The position numbers were made by a program, and so were the translations under genes. This document shows positions 1 through 10,700 of a stretch of 20,000 nucleotides of DNA, in pieces (the first letter of the stretch is position 1; every line of letters starts with the position of its first letter). The notes under the pieces are model-generated. The model made no database searches, was not told the origin of the DNA, and was given only the letters and a program-made list of their open reading frames with translations. Where the stretch lies: the IMG/VR virus record IMGVR_UViG_3300044627_004988. One strand, 5' to 3'. The stretch comes from an uncultured virus (IMG/VR IMGVR_UViG_3300044627_004988) (Duplodnaviria > Heunggongvirae > Uroviricota > Caudoviricetes).

Positions 1-1953
1 GGCTGACATATCTCTTGTAACGGCATCGTCGATAACGCCTACCGGATCTTGGTCACCCATTTTAATAAGACCGGTTATAGTACGATACTCATCTGGGCTC
101 ATTATGCCATCGACTAGTTCGTCTAATCCAACACCTCTTGCTGCAGGGCCTCTGAGTGTTCCTTTTGGCCCACTAGGCCTATCTGCTAAACCAATTAAAA
201 ACTTTTGTAGTTTTGCTGTTTCATCAAAGGAATCCTCTAGACTTGCCCTATGAGTTGGAGTAGTCATTGACAAGGCTCTATCCATCACTTGGCTTAATCT
301 ATAAGTGTCGGAAGATTCAAAGCCACTAGATGAAGTTATCATTGAGTATTTTCTTCGAACGTCTGCCCTGTTGAAAAGATCAGCTAAGTATCCACCCTCT
401 TCTGTCTCTGAACCCAATAGAGTACTCATTCTATTTTTTCCGGTTTTCATAGACCTTTGCGATCTTTCAATTGCATCAGCAACATCTAGCTCATCTATTT
501 CAGTAAAACCTTCAGTCCTTAATCTTTCTGTTTCTTCTTTTATTAAGGTTTCATATTTTTCACCCATCTTGATTTTGAAAATACTTTCTCTACTTTTAGC
601 TTCTTGAGTTGCCTGATAACCAGGCTCTCTTAGCATTGAGTCTATTTTTCCAGCGTCATTTAAAAATTCTGAAACTAGTTCATTACCAGCTTCTTCTAGC
701 TGTCTAGGCATTATGTCACTTTGTCTTCTAAAGTAAAACGCATCAATTTCAGTTGGGTTTAAAGACTTAAACAATTCTCTTTGGCTACTTGCTATCATTG
801 CGCTAGACGTCTCGGCTGCATTTATTAAAATACTTGCTGATCTATATTTGCTATTTCCAGCTAAAACTATTTCGTCTCTTAGGCCTGCTACTCCTTGTTC
901 TTGGAATCTTTCGCTAGTTGCTCGTATTGAATCTTTTTGAGCATCGGTAAACAAGCTTTCACCTAAAAGATCTGTTGCGCCTTGCTGCATGCCTTGTAAT
1001 ATTAATTCTTGTGCTTCTTTGTTTGTAGCTAGCTTTAAGTCAAACAAAGCTGAGTCTAAACCAAGGTTTTCCATATCAAGACCTAGAGCTTCTTTAGCAG
1101 CTCTTTGCATGCCCATTCTTCTGCCTGCTTGAGTTAGAACGTGCGCTCCTGCTGAATCAAGATCACCTATTATTAAGCCATCAAGTGCAGCTGCTATTTG
1201 GTCCACGTCCGCAGTTTGTTGTATAGCTTCTAGTGCAGCTGCCGTTCCTTGGATGAACGCATCTCTTACTGCGGGCGAGTTGACGATGTCTAAACCTTTA
1301 ATAGAAAGAGAGCCAGCTTGCACTGCCACGTCGACAGCATCCGACGGGGCAAGTAAACCTGTCATAGTCTTTGCTCTGATGATATTTGCTAACGAGGCTT
1401 GTACGCCACCAGCTTCATCTAAACTCTTTAATATATCGTCTTGTTGTTCCATTGTGGAACCAAGAACCATCAACTTGTTTATGTACCCACCTATATTGTC
1501 ACTTTTTTCTGGAGCAAGAATCCTATTTTTATACGGGCTCAACTCTGCTTCTATTGCAGCAAAGATTCCTTCTTTGCCAGCAACATTATTTCTTTCTAGT
1601 ATTCCACCTAATCTTTGTCTAAAGAGATTGTCGTCAAGATCATAAATGTCTCCAGTTTTTGCTATAAGCTCATTGATCTCAGCCGTTGAAGCTGCACCAG
1701 TTCTTGTCATAGCATCTGCTATCCCTATTCTGTCAGCCTCCGTAAAAAGAGATGCTGATGATTCAGGAATAAGCTTCATAAATTGGCCTTGGAAGTAAGC
1801 TGGAGCAAACTCTAACTGGTCTGCTGGAGCTAATTTTCTCATAACCTCTGGCGTCAAAGCTAAATGACCTCCAGACTTTGTAACTGCCATAGCTCTTAGG
1901 ACTGGGTTGCTAAGCTCGGTAACTCCGCTTCCGCAAGTGCTGATAAACCGATT
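1..1953 (-). CDS. C-terminal continuation (+1 frame) of the putative virion RNA polymerase; incomplete, runs off the window edge
   Basis: Absent from the ORF track because it has no stop in the window. Manual translation gives a stop-free frame of 651 codons from 1953 to 1 (...GSGVTELSNPVLRAMAVTKSGGHLALTPEVMRKL...DDAVTRDMSA). First ATG is at 1890, without a well-spaced SD. Contains DNIGGYINKL (1471-1500) and SDAVD (1330-1344), resembling the bridge-helix and trigger-loop motifs of two-barrel polymerases; the rest looks helical. Confidence 0.8.
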
Positions 1954-4750
1954 CTATAACCCTAGTTGCCTGGTCTTGCCCTTGAGAGAAATATGAGTTG
2001 CTTGCATCAAGCAGGGTTGAATCACCAGAACCAAAGAATCTTCCAGCGGCTATATCTTTGCCAGTGACTCCAACACCAGCGTATTTTCTATGCAAAGACG
2101 AAAACCTTTTTGCATTAGTTGAATCAGGAACCATCCTCATGTATTCTAAAAGTTCCATAGCCTCAGTATCGCCGCTAGTAGCAATTTCTTCTAAACCAGC
2201 CATAAAAGATTTATTATGACCAAAAATTTCATTAAGAGTTTCTTGATCTTTTAAGAAATCTTGGACAACGTATTCCATAGGGCCAGTTGGTTGTCTTGTG
2301 GTAAATAAAGCTAATTTTTTCTTTGGAGTGCCAGATGAATAGTCTTGGTAACTTTTTAGTATCGGCATTCCCTTGTCGTCAAAGTCGAATCCTCCTAATG
2401 CTGCTTGGTACTCAACCGATGCTCTTCCGCTAAACAAAAGGCTGTGTTGATGTGCTCGTGTAGTCATTAACTCTAAATCAACTAGCGCACCTGATTCATC
2501 CATTATCTTTGACTTAGCAAACCCTCTAGATCCAGTTAACATTCGCGCTTCGTTTGGCTGTCCCATTAAACGGCTAGCCTCTGACTCTATGTTGTATCTT
2601 TGCAAATCCGGCATGTTGGGTATTCTTACAGTTCTTTGCTTGATGCCTTGACCGGTAGTCTTTTGGCTAAACATTTGATTTCTATAATAATTACTTATTG
2701 CCGCAATAGTGTCTACGTCAGTAACGTTATTTTCTAAGATAGCGTTATTTATTTTTCTAACCATCTCTTTGTTTTTTTCTTTAGATCCAATTTTATGAGG
2801 TTGGTAAATTGCCATAAATTCGTCTACCGAATTTGACTCCATGTCCTGAATTAATCTTTGTCTTACATTAGCTGGTATGATACCTGTTCTTGTTATCTGT
2901 TCAAGTTCTGCTTGTAGCTCTTGTTGATATCTTCTAGTCACAGCAGGAACAACCCTAGACCCATCTGGAGCTGTTTCTAAAAATTCTCCACTATGAAAAA
3001 CTGCCATCTGGAAGTCTGGTGCAATGGCGTCGGGTGGTCGTTTGCCACCTCCAGTTATATCAAAGTTTATAAATTCTTCAAATCCAGTTTCTGATTTGAT
3101 CATAATGTCAGGGGTTAAAAATCCAATGTCATCAGGCAGATCGTCTGATACATACATTCTACCTTTTATTAGTTTACGTTCGCCTAGAGTATTATGGAAT
3201 CCAGTTCTTCCAGAGAAGTCATAAGATTCTATATTATCTTTTAATCTATGGCCAATAACTTTCCCTGTTTTATCGGTAACCTCTTGCCCAATTGTTCTTA
3301 ACTGTTGCCTCAATGATAAATATGCTTCTTGTGCGTTTTCTCCCATCACAACGCCGCTAGCCATATTTCTTTCATGATTTAATACCGTTGCACTCCAATC
3401 TTGAACTGTTCTTTCTAGGTATTTTCTATTTATATAAAATGCACCGTCAACAGACGTTTCAAGTCCGGATAATGTAGCTGATATTTGATTTTTAAACGCT
3501 TGCCTTGTACCAGGCAGCGCTTTAACTAATTTTTCAAATTCTTTTGTAACGTTTCCATCTGGACCTGCTGTTGCGATTGCTCTCCTCATCATCTTTGCCA
3601 TTTGTGAATACGCTACCGCCGATCCTGGATCGCTTGGATCAAAAACCATATCAAGAATTTCATCACCTGCTGCTTTTGATAAACCAAAGTTTCCATAAAA
3701 TTTATGACCAACGCCGCTAAAAGCTGTTTCTAAATCAGTCTTTAATTTTCCAGAAACCTTACCAGATAAAGCCGCCATCAAAGCTTGTGCCCTAGTGTCT
3801 GAAGCCTCTATGGCTTCTTCTAGTGTGCCAACACCACCTAGGAATCCAGTAGCACCTGACCCACCAGTTATGCCTACTCCAGATATCGAAATTTGCCTTG
3901 CAGATGCAAATGTTTTTTGACGCTTTCCAACTTTACCCAGTTGCTTTTCTAGCCCACCCTCTCCCTTTTTTAAAGCTTCTATTAGGGTGCTCTTTTGTAA
4001 TTGCCCAGTATTCATTAAAGATTTTAACGCAGCTATTTCTTTTTCATTTAAATCCATACCTGGAAGTCCAAACTTCAGTATTTGGAACCCATCGTCTCCA
4101 GGTACAACCATGCCCTTGAACAGGCCATCATCGCCCCTAACTCTAGCTAGAGCATCCGACATAGTGTCGCCAGTGAATGCAGTCTTCAAAGCCATTGAGG
4201 TAATCTCAAATGGATTTTTTATAACTGTTCTACCTCTTATTGTAGTTAGCTCTAGGTCATCAATTAATTTACCCAAGCCTGCTTCTCTTAAGCTTCTTGC
4301 TTCAGCTGATGTTGGATTAAGCTTTGCTCTTTTCAGCATGCTGTTTATTGTTTTGTTTTCTTGCACAAGTTCACCAAAGTTAAACTGTCTACCAACTGCT
4401 CGTGATGGATCTTTTGAAAGTCTAGTGTAGTTAACAATGCCCATTTCTGCAGCTTTGTTCATGGCTTCTCCAAAGTCCTCTGTTTCTTCTCCAGTGACAT
4501 TGAATATAAATGATGGTCGGAATCTTGACCCTATAACAGCACCAGACGCATCTGTGATATCTTCGTCTGCGCCACCAATTTTTATAACATTACTGCTACC
4601 ATACATTGTTGCTGATAATAGTTTGTTTAATAAATTTCTAGGGTCTGCTACTCTAGATGCAGCAGTAGGTGAGATGCGCGATATACTGGCTAAGACGTCT
4701 TGTATATTTAAAGACATCTCCATTGGTTTGCCTATATTTATATTCCTCAT
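1910..4750 (-). CDS. Putative single-subunit two-barrel (double-psi beta-barrel) virion RNA polymerase, N-terminal 946 aa
   Basis: 946-aa ORF whose ATG overlaps the TGA of the upstream gene (ATGA). Motifs: SVDGAFYINRKYL (D435), FSGR (R515), LIKGRMYV (K529), IMIKSE (K552), AALGGFDFDDKG (D789/D791/D792) and FTTRQPTG (R819). The CDS is certain; the function is inferred from motifs. Confidence 0.65.
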   Translation of the reverse strand: MRNINIGKPMEMSLNIQDVLASISRISPTAASRVADPRNLLNKLLSATMYGSSNVIKIGGADEDITDASGAVIGSRFRPSFIFNVTGEETEDFGEAMNKAAEMGIVNYTRLSKDPSRAVGRQFNFGELVQENKTINSMLKRAKLNPTSAEARSLREAGLGKLIDDLELTTIRGRTVIKNPFEITSMALKTAFTGDTMSDALARVRGDDGLFKGMVVPGDDGFQILKFGLPGMDLNEKEIAALKSLMNTGQLQKSTLIEALKKGEGGLEKQLGKVGKRQKTFASARQISISGVGITGGSGATGFLGGVGTLEEAIEASDTRAQALMAALSGKVSGKLKTDLETAFSGVGHKFYGNFGLSKAAGDEILDMVFDPSDPGSAVAYSQMAKMMRRAIATAGPDGNVTKEFEKLVKALPGTRQAFKNQISATLSGLETSVDGAFYINRKYLERTVQDWSATVLNHERNMASGVVMGENAQEAYLSLRQQLRTIGQEVTDKTGKVIGHRLKDNIESYDFSGRTGFHNTLGERKLIKGRMYVSDDLPDDIGFLTPDIMIKSETGFEEFINFDITGGGKRPPDAIAPDFQMAVFHSGEFLETAPDGSRVVPAVTRRYQQELQAELEQITRTGIIPANVRQRLIQDMESNSVDEFMAIYQPHKIGSKEKNKEMVRKINNAILENNVTDVDTIAAISNYYRNQMFSQKTTGQGIKQRTVRIPNMPDLQRYNIESEASRLMGQPNEARMLTGSRGFAKSKIMDESGALVDLELMTTRAHQHSLLFSGRASVEYQAALGGFDFDDKGMPILKSYQDYSSGTPKKKLALFTTRQPTGPMEYVVQDFLKDQETLNEIFGHNKSFMAGLEEIATSGDTEAMELLEYMRMVPDSTNAKRFSSLHRKYAGVGVTGKDIAAGRFFGSGDSTLLDASNSYFSQGQDQATRVIESVYQHLRKRSYRA

Positions 4751-7700
4751 CTAACGCCTACTGACATGTCAATACTATTACTTGCATAAGGTGTGTAGAC
4801 TGGGCTAACGGAGCCAGTTAAACCATTGTCTAACATCATTCTTTTAAGTTTTTCTAAAACAGAATCCTGGCTTGAAGATTGGTTAAAGCTTGGATAAGAT
4901 GGATTTACTAAGTTGGCTTCTTTTAATTGTTGTGGGTAATAACCCATTTGAGATAAATCTACACCCATGTTTTGACCTATCTTTATTTTTACATGCTCCA
5001 TGTTTGTATTAGGGTGCCAAACTTCTGAGCCAGCATCTGGTAATTCATGCTTAGAAAAATAATCAACCAAGTCTGGTTTCTTTTCTACATCCATACCCCA
5101 AGCTGCTTGGAATATTCTTCTTTCAAGTCTTGGAGCAGTTGAAAGTATTCTTTCTCTTTCTTCTTCTGGAGCCCCAATCATGGCTTTAAAATGTTCTCTT
5201 TTTCTTTTTGGAACTGACAAAGAAAGATTTTCTATAGAGTCGCCATAAATGTCTGCCCCATACATTGTTCTACTGGCGCTTTGTTTGAACCTATTAGCTG
5301 CCTCTGTATCTCCAGCTTTTTGAGCTTGAGAATATAACGACATATTTTTTGTATATGTTAGTATGTCAGTGTACTCTTCAAGAGCCATTTGTTTTTTTCT
5401 GTCTTTAGGTATAAACCTATCGCCAGTTATTCTTTCACTTATAGAACCATATGCTCCTGCGGCTCCACCAGTTACTGTGCCAACTGCCGAGGCAAAGATT
5501 TTTGCTCTTGGAGTCACACCAAAAGTTGAACCAAGGGCTCCAAGAACTGTTGCTCCTAATAATGGACCTCTTTGGGTTGCTTTATAAACCATAGGGCTAA
5601 TGAAGCTTTTTATTGGATCTTGCCATTGAGGGAAACTAGAACCGTACACATTGGTTCTTTCATAATCTTCAGCAGCTGTTTTGTTCGGCATGAATTTAGT
5701 GTTAAAAATTGTGTCTCTGTGCGACAAGTACTCGCCAGCTCTTAACAGTGTATGTTGAGTGCCTCCCATGCCCATTTCTTCTGCTGAACTATATTTATAC
5801 TTGTAGGCGTCAAACTCTTTTCTCTTTGTTATAGATTCTACTTTTTTTCTAGTCTCTATAATCGAAGCTCTTTCCTCTGGAGAGTTTATTTGTGAGTTTA
5901 TACTTCTGTTTAAAGATCTATATTCCGGTGAATAAGGAGCGACATCTCCGAGTATACTTAACTGCGTTGCTCTTCCGTATCTACCAGTTTCGTCTGAAAT
6001 TGGAGTATTGAATCTTTCGTAAGCTACGCCAGGAAGCCTTAGTTCTCCTTCTGGCACCTTAGTATAAGGGTCACCTGTTTTAAAATTTGTGAAATAATTT
6101 GGTCCTGGTAAAAACGGATATTTTTCTGCCATAGAGTTTCTAATTGGGTTTAGATAATCTATGTCGTTTCTTTCTTTGGGTATAAATCTTCTAGTTATTT
6201 CTGATAATTCAATGTTTCCAAGCGGCCCTTGTCCAGGCAAAGGGACGTCACCCATACCACCAAAGTTTTGATCGTAGAAAGATCTACTTGCTCCATAGGC
6301 TCTAGAAGCAGATTGCAGGACTGACCTTTGTGGTTGCAAGTCTCCTTTACCAAAACCAAAGCCTTCTCTTGCGGATGAGAACATGAAGCCATATATACCA
6401 GCTAACTCTTGAGTTCTATAACCAGTTTCGCTAAGCTGAAATCCAGTGCTTCCATAATTGATTGGTTTGCCAGTTGGTATAATCTTTGGAGGTACTATAC
6501 CAGCCTGTCTTGGTGGGCCATAAGATGCGTTTGTAAGCATCCTGTTTTGATTTGATATTCTAGTTGTTATATCTCTATTTGCAGTTCCTAAAGGTGAACC
6601 AGCCATAGCACCGTAGCTTGCGTTTTGTTGATACAACATGTTGCCTGCAACGGAATTACTTTGGTTAGATGCAATTATTTCTGGATATGCTGTTGCCGCT
6701 ACTGAAGAAGAACCTGTGCCTAATGAACCTCCGGAGTAACCAACTCCACCCATAGATGTTGTATAACCGTAGTCTTTAAAAAGTTGCCCTGCTCCGTTTG
6801 GATTTGATACATAACCAGATGCATCAAAAGCCCCAGATTGCCCGACCCTAACATAGTTAGCTAAGCCAGCGTCAACTTCTTCTTTATGCATTCTTAGTTG
6901 TGGCTTAAGTATCTTTCCTATTGTTGCATTTAGTGCGCTAGTTGCTGGACCAAAAGGACCAGAGAAATATTCACCAGTTAAAGGGTATGGCCTATCTTCG
7001 TAATGTTTTCTTTCAAATCTATATGGATCTAATGGCCTTAAAGGAGAGTAATCATTATAGAACAAAGCTTTTTCTGCAGGACTGCCATATGTATCGGATG
7101 TAAACATAGCGCCAGCTTGAAACTTTTGATACCACGACGGACGGTAGTATTGTATTTTTCCACCTTTAAATGGGGTGTTACCTAATGGCCAATATCTTCC
7201 CTGTCTTATCGGAACATCACCAGTAGTTAGCTCTTCTCTTTTTTCCTGGTAAGACTTTCCACCTGGAATAATACCAGACACGGCAGCTTGTGTTTCCATC
7301 AACCCCGTTGCTGCTATACCAGTAAAGAATGGTGAATACACTCTTTCATTGTTTGCGTCTTTTGGCTGGTTATAGGCCCCTATTGTTCTGTCAACAGCCA
7401 TCAATGTGGATGCACCAGCTACTATTGGAAGAGCCCTCTTAGCTACATACCCTCTTGCAAAAAGATCTATTGGGCTTTTATATTTTGATACATCTAGACC
7501 AATACCTAATGTCCCAAAGTTTTTATTAAGTCTTTCAATCATGTGTCCAGAGAACATGGACAAATTAGAGAAGTTTTCTGGGTCATTGTAAGTTGTTATT
7601 CCAAGCGCGCTTGCTATGGCCCCAAAAGGATTTTTATTAAATACAGTTCCAAACGTTGGTACGAAGACCGTAGAAGAGTTTCCTCCTAGTACGTTTGCTT

Positions 7701-10700
7701 TATTCGATGGATTAAAATCAGCAGTGCCAAAGGATCTCCTCAAGAAAGGGACAATGTTAGCAATTGGTTTTCTTAAAGTAGACGTAGTCAAACTTATATC
7801 AGAAGTGCTAAAAGGCCTAAATAAACCAGCAATACTATCCGAAGAAGCTACTTCATCTAAAGTGTGAGTTATAGCTGCGGCGGCATTTTTTGCAGTTGAG
7901 TTCTTTGCTGCGTATCCTGCAAATGAGCTAGCATTATAAAGCGAACTTAGTGCTGCACCTTGTGCTTCCAGGAACTCGGACTTTCCAATTTGCCCAGATC
8001 TCCTCAAAGCTAGAAGCGCATCGTTGATTGCGTTGATTGGTTCCGTACCAGAGCCGCCTTTAAGGGCAGCATTTCTTTGACCTAGGTATTTAAAAAGTTC
8101 ACTCTTTAATTCGTCTAATCTAGTTGTGATCGAAGGAGATCTTGAACCAGTCATTGAACTAGATAATAGTTCACCCTGCTGAAGTATTTGATCAATTCTA
8201 GAAAATGAACTTCGGACATTAGATGGCAAAGCTTTAAGCCCAGCATCATATCTCTTTAGGTCTTGGGCAAACCTGACTACCTGCTCTGCAGTATATAGAT
8301 CGCTTAGCCCCTTTACTCCTGCAGTTCCTGCTCCTTGTCTTTCTCCAAATTTAAATAAGTCTGCGTTTGCCCTCTCAACGGCTTTCATTACCTTTTGAGA
8401 AAAACCAAAATCATTTGTTTGGCCAAAAAATCTAGTTGCCGCTCCTACAAATTGTTCGTGATCTGCAATTACTTTTCCAGCTTGGTCAGTAACGCTAAAT
8501 GTAGTTTCTGCTTCTATCGCTTTACCAGCTGCATCAAAAACCCTATTTGTATTTAATGTCAGCTCGTTTTTGCCTATGGTAGCTTTGCCAGTTTTTGAGC
8601 CAAGCAAGCTGGCTAAAACGGTTGGGTTTTCTATGTCTGTTTTTCTTCTTGCAAATCTAGACAATAAACCAGGAATTGAACTTGGTTGATCTTCTGCTAT
8701 ATCTAAAGCTGACTTTATTCTCTTACTTAAAGATAATGGCCTTCCTTCTTTAAAGTCAGAAATTAAAGACCTTATTGGATTTTTTTCTCCTTCTGGATTC
8801 ATTAAACCAGAAGCGTAGCGAGCTTGTCTTGCCATCAAGCCTTCGCTAAGATTATTTATGGGACGATAATAACCTTGCAATTTATTTGCAGTTGTTACAC
8901 CTTCTACATCAGTAGAGTAGGCTGTTACTTCTCCTTTTGTTTTTCTAAAAAATGATCTTTTAGTTTGATATATAAAGAAGTCTGCGTCCGTTTGTTTAGC
9001 CATATCACCAAACGGCTGGACACCACCACCTGGGACAAAATGCAAAGGAGACTTTTTGCCCATTTCTTGCATTTGTTGAAGACCAAAAATACTTTTTGGA
9101 CTAATGTGAACAATTGGTATTTCAAATTCGCTAGCAAAGAAGTTACCGAGAGATCTAATCGTGCCGGTAAGCTTTGTAGTATCGAGTATCTTGCCAGACC
9201 TACTTGAGTAAAGGCCTTCTATGCTTGAATGTCCTATAGAGTTAGATATTGGATCGTTAATAGCTGATTGCCTATTAACGTCATTTAATATTGTTTTTTG
9301 TCTCTCCGAAAGATAGTCAAAGAATCCTTTTTGTCTAGCCTCATCAAAACCAACTTGCTTAAGTCCAAAGATATTAAATCCACCAGATAAGCTTGGTCCA
9401 GACATTTTTTTATTTTGTATTAAGAAAGCCTTTAGTGAACTAAAGTTGTTAGCATCTATTCCGTTTCTTGCTAACTGGGTTTTTATAATATCATTTGATA
9501 TTCTTTTTCCATTTGTATCTAAAAGCTTAATACCTAAAATGTCTGCTGATTGTCTTTGTAGATATTCTTTTTGATCTACAGAAAGTTTTCCAGCAAAAGC
9601 TTCATACGCTTGTTTTTGTGGTTTAAAAAGACCTTGGGTATGACCTATTAAATTTTCATTATATAAAGTGTTCCATTGAGAGTTAATTTTAGCTGTAAGA
9701 TTTTTTTGGAATTCTTTATTCGCAAATTGCGAGTTAGCGTTCTTTAATGCCCTTTCAAGTACATCGCCGCTTAGGCCACTATCTGGCTGTAAGCCCTTTA
9801 TTGTTGCTGCACGTGTTGCCAGCTCTTGGAAAAAGTCTGGGCCTTCTTTAAAGATAGGGTCTTTGCCTATGCTAAATATTTGCGATATGTCTTTGCCTTT
9901 TCCGGCAACAGGGATGTTCTTAACTTGGACTTGAGTTGAAAATAACTTTGCGCCTTTTTCGCTAGCACCTTCGTTAACTAAATGTTTCTCTACTTGACTT
10001 CTAAATTCTTTTTCAACTAATTTATTATAAAATTCACTTCCGGATTTTCTAAACCTAGAACCATAAACATTTTTTCCACCCATCCATCCTTCAACTGTGC
10101 TTGCAAAATTAGACAGTCTACTAGAGTGTTGGTTTTGTATTTCCTCTATTGCTGTCCCTAAAGAACTCTTTGCAAGCTTATCTGCTACGTCATCACCAAG
10201 GCTGCCTTTGTTCTGAATGCCTTTTGTTTTAGCTATTGCTTTGTCGTAAGTTATAGCTTTTGTTACGACATCGTAACCTTGCCCCATGATTTTAAATCTT
10301 GAATTGAATTCAGAAAAACCGCTTCTAAATCCTCTCATCGCAGGCATTGCGTCTATCAAACCATACTGGCCTGGGCCTTCTGCGTTTCTTCCAATGAATG
10401 CCTCTTTTGCTATTTGGGCAAACGGTGCATTACGTTCTCTGGCTTCTCTTACTCCAGCTCTAACGCTTTTAAAAACTTGTAATTGCTCGGGTTGGTCTTG
10501 CCTTGCTGCGATTGATGCTCTGTTGAATGCACCAGAAAATTGAGTTGACCCTCTTATCACCTTGTCAGTTATACTAACTAGATCATTACCAACTTCACCA
10601 AGGATAGTATTAAGATCTACAAATCTTCTTTGCAATTTTTCTTGGAAAGGAGTTGTTGCTGAACTATATAATTTTGTACTTAAAGCTCTTTTTGCTGTGC

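Noticed and set aside
1763..1912. TAG read-through or alternative genetic code (TAG=Gln) to explain the end of the 946-aa ORF
   Set aside because: Reading through TAG hits TGA 49 codons later (1765-1763), while the long continuation is in the +1 frame. TAG also ends three other genes cleanly (12693, 13772, 14668).
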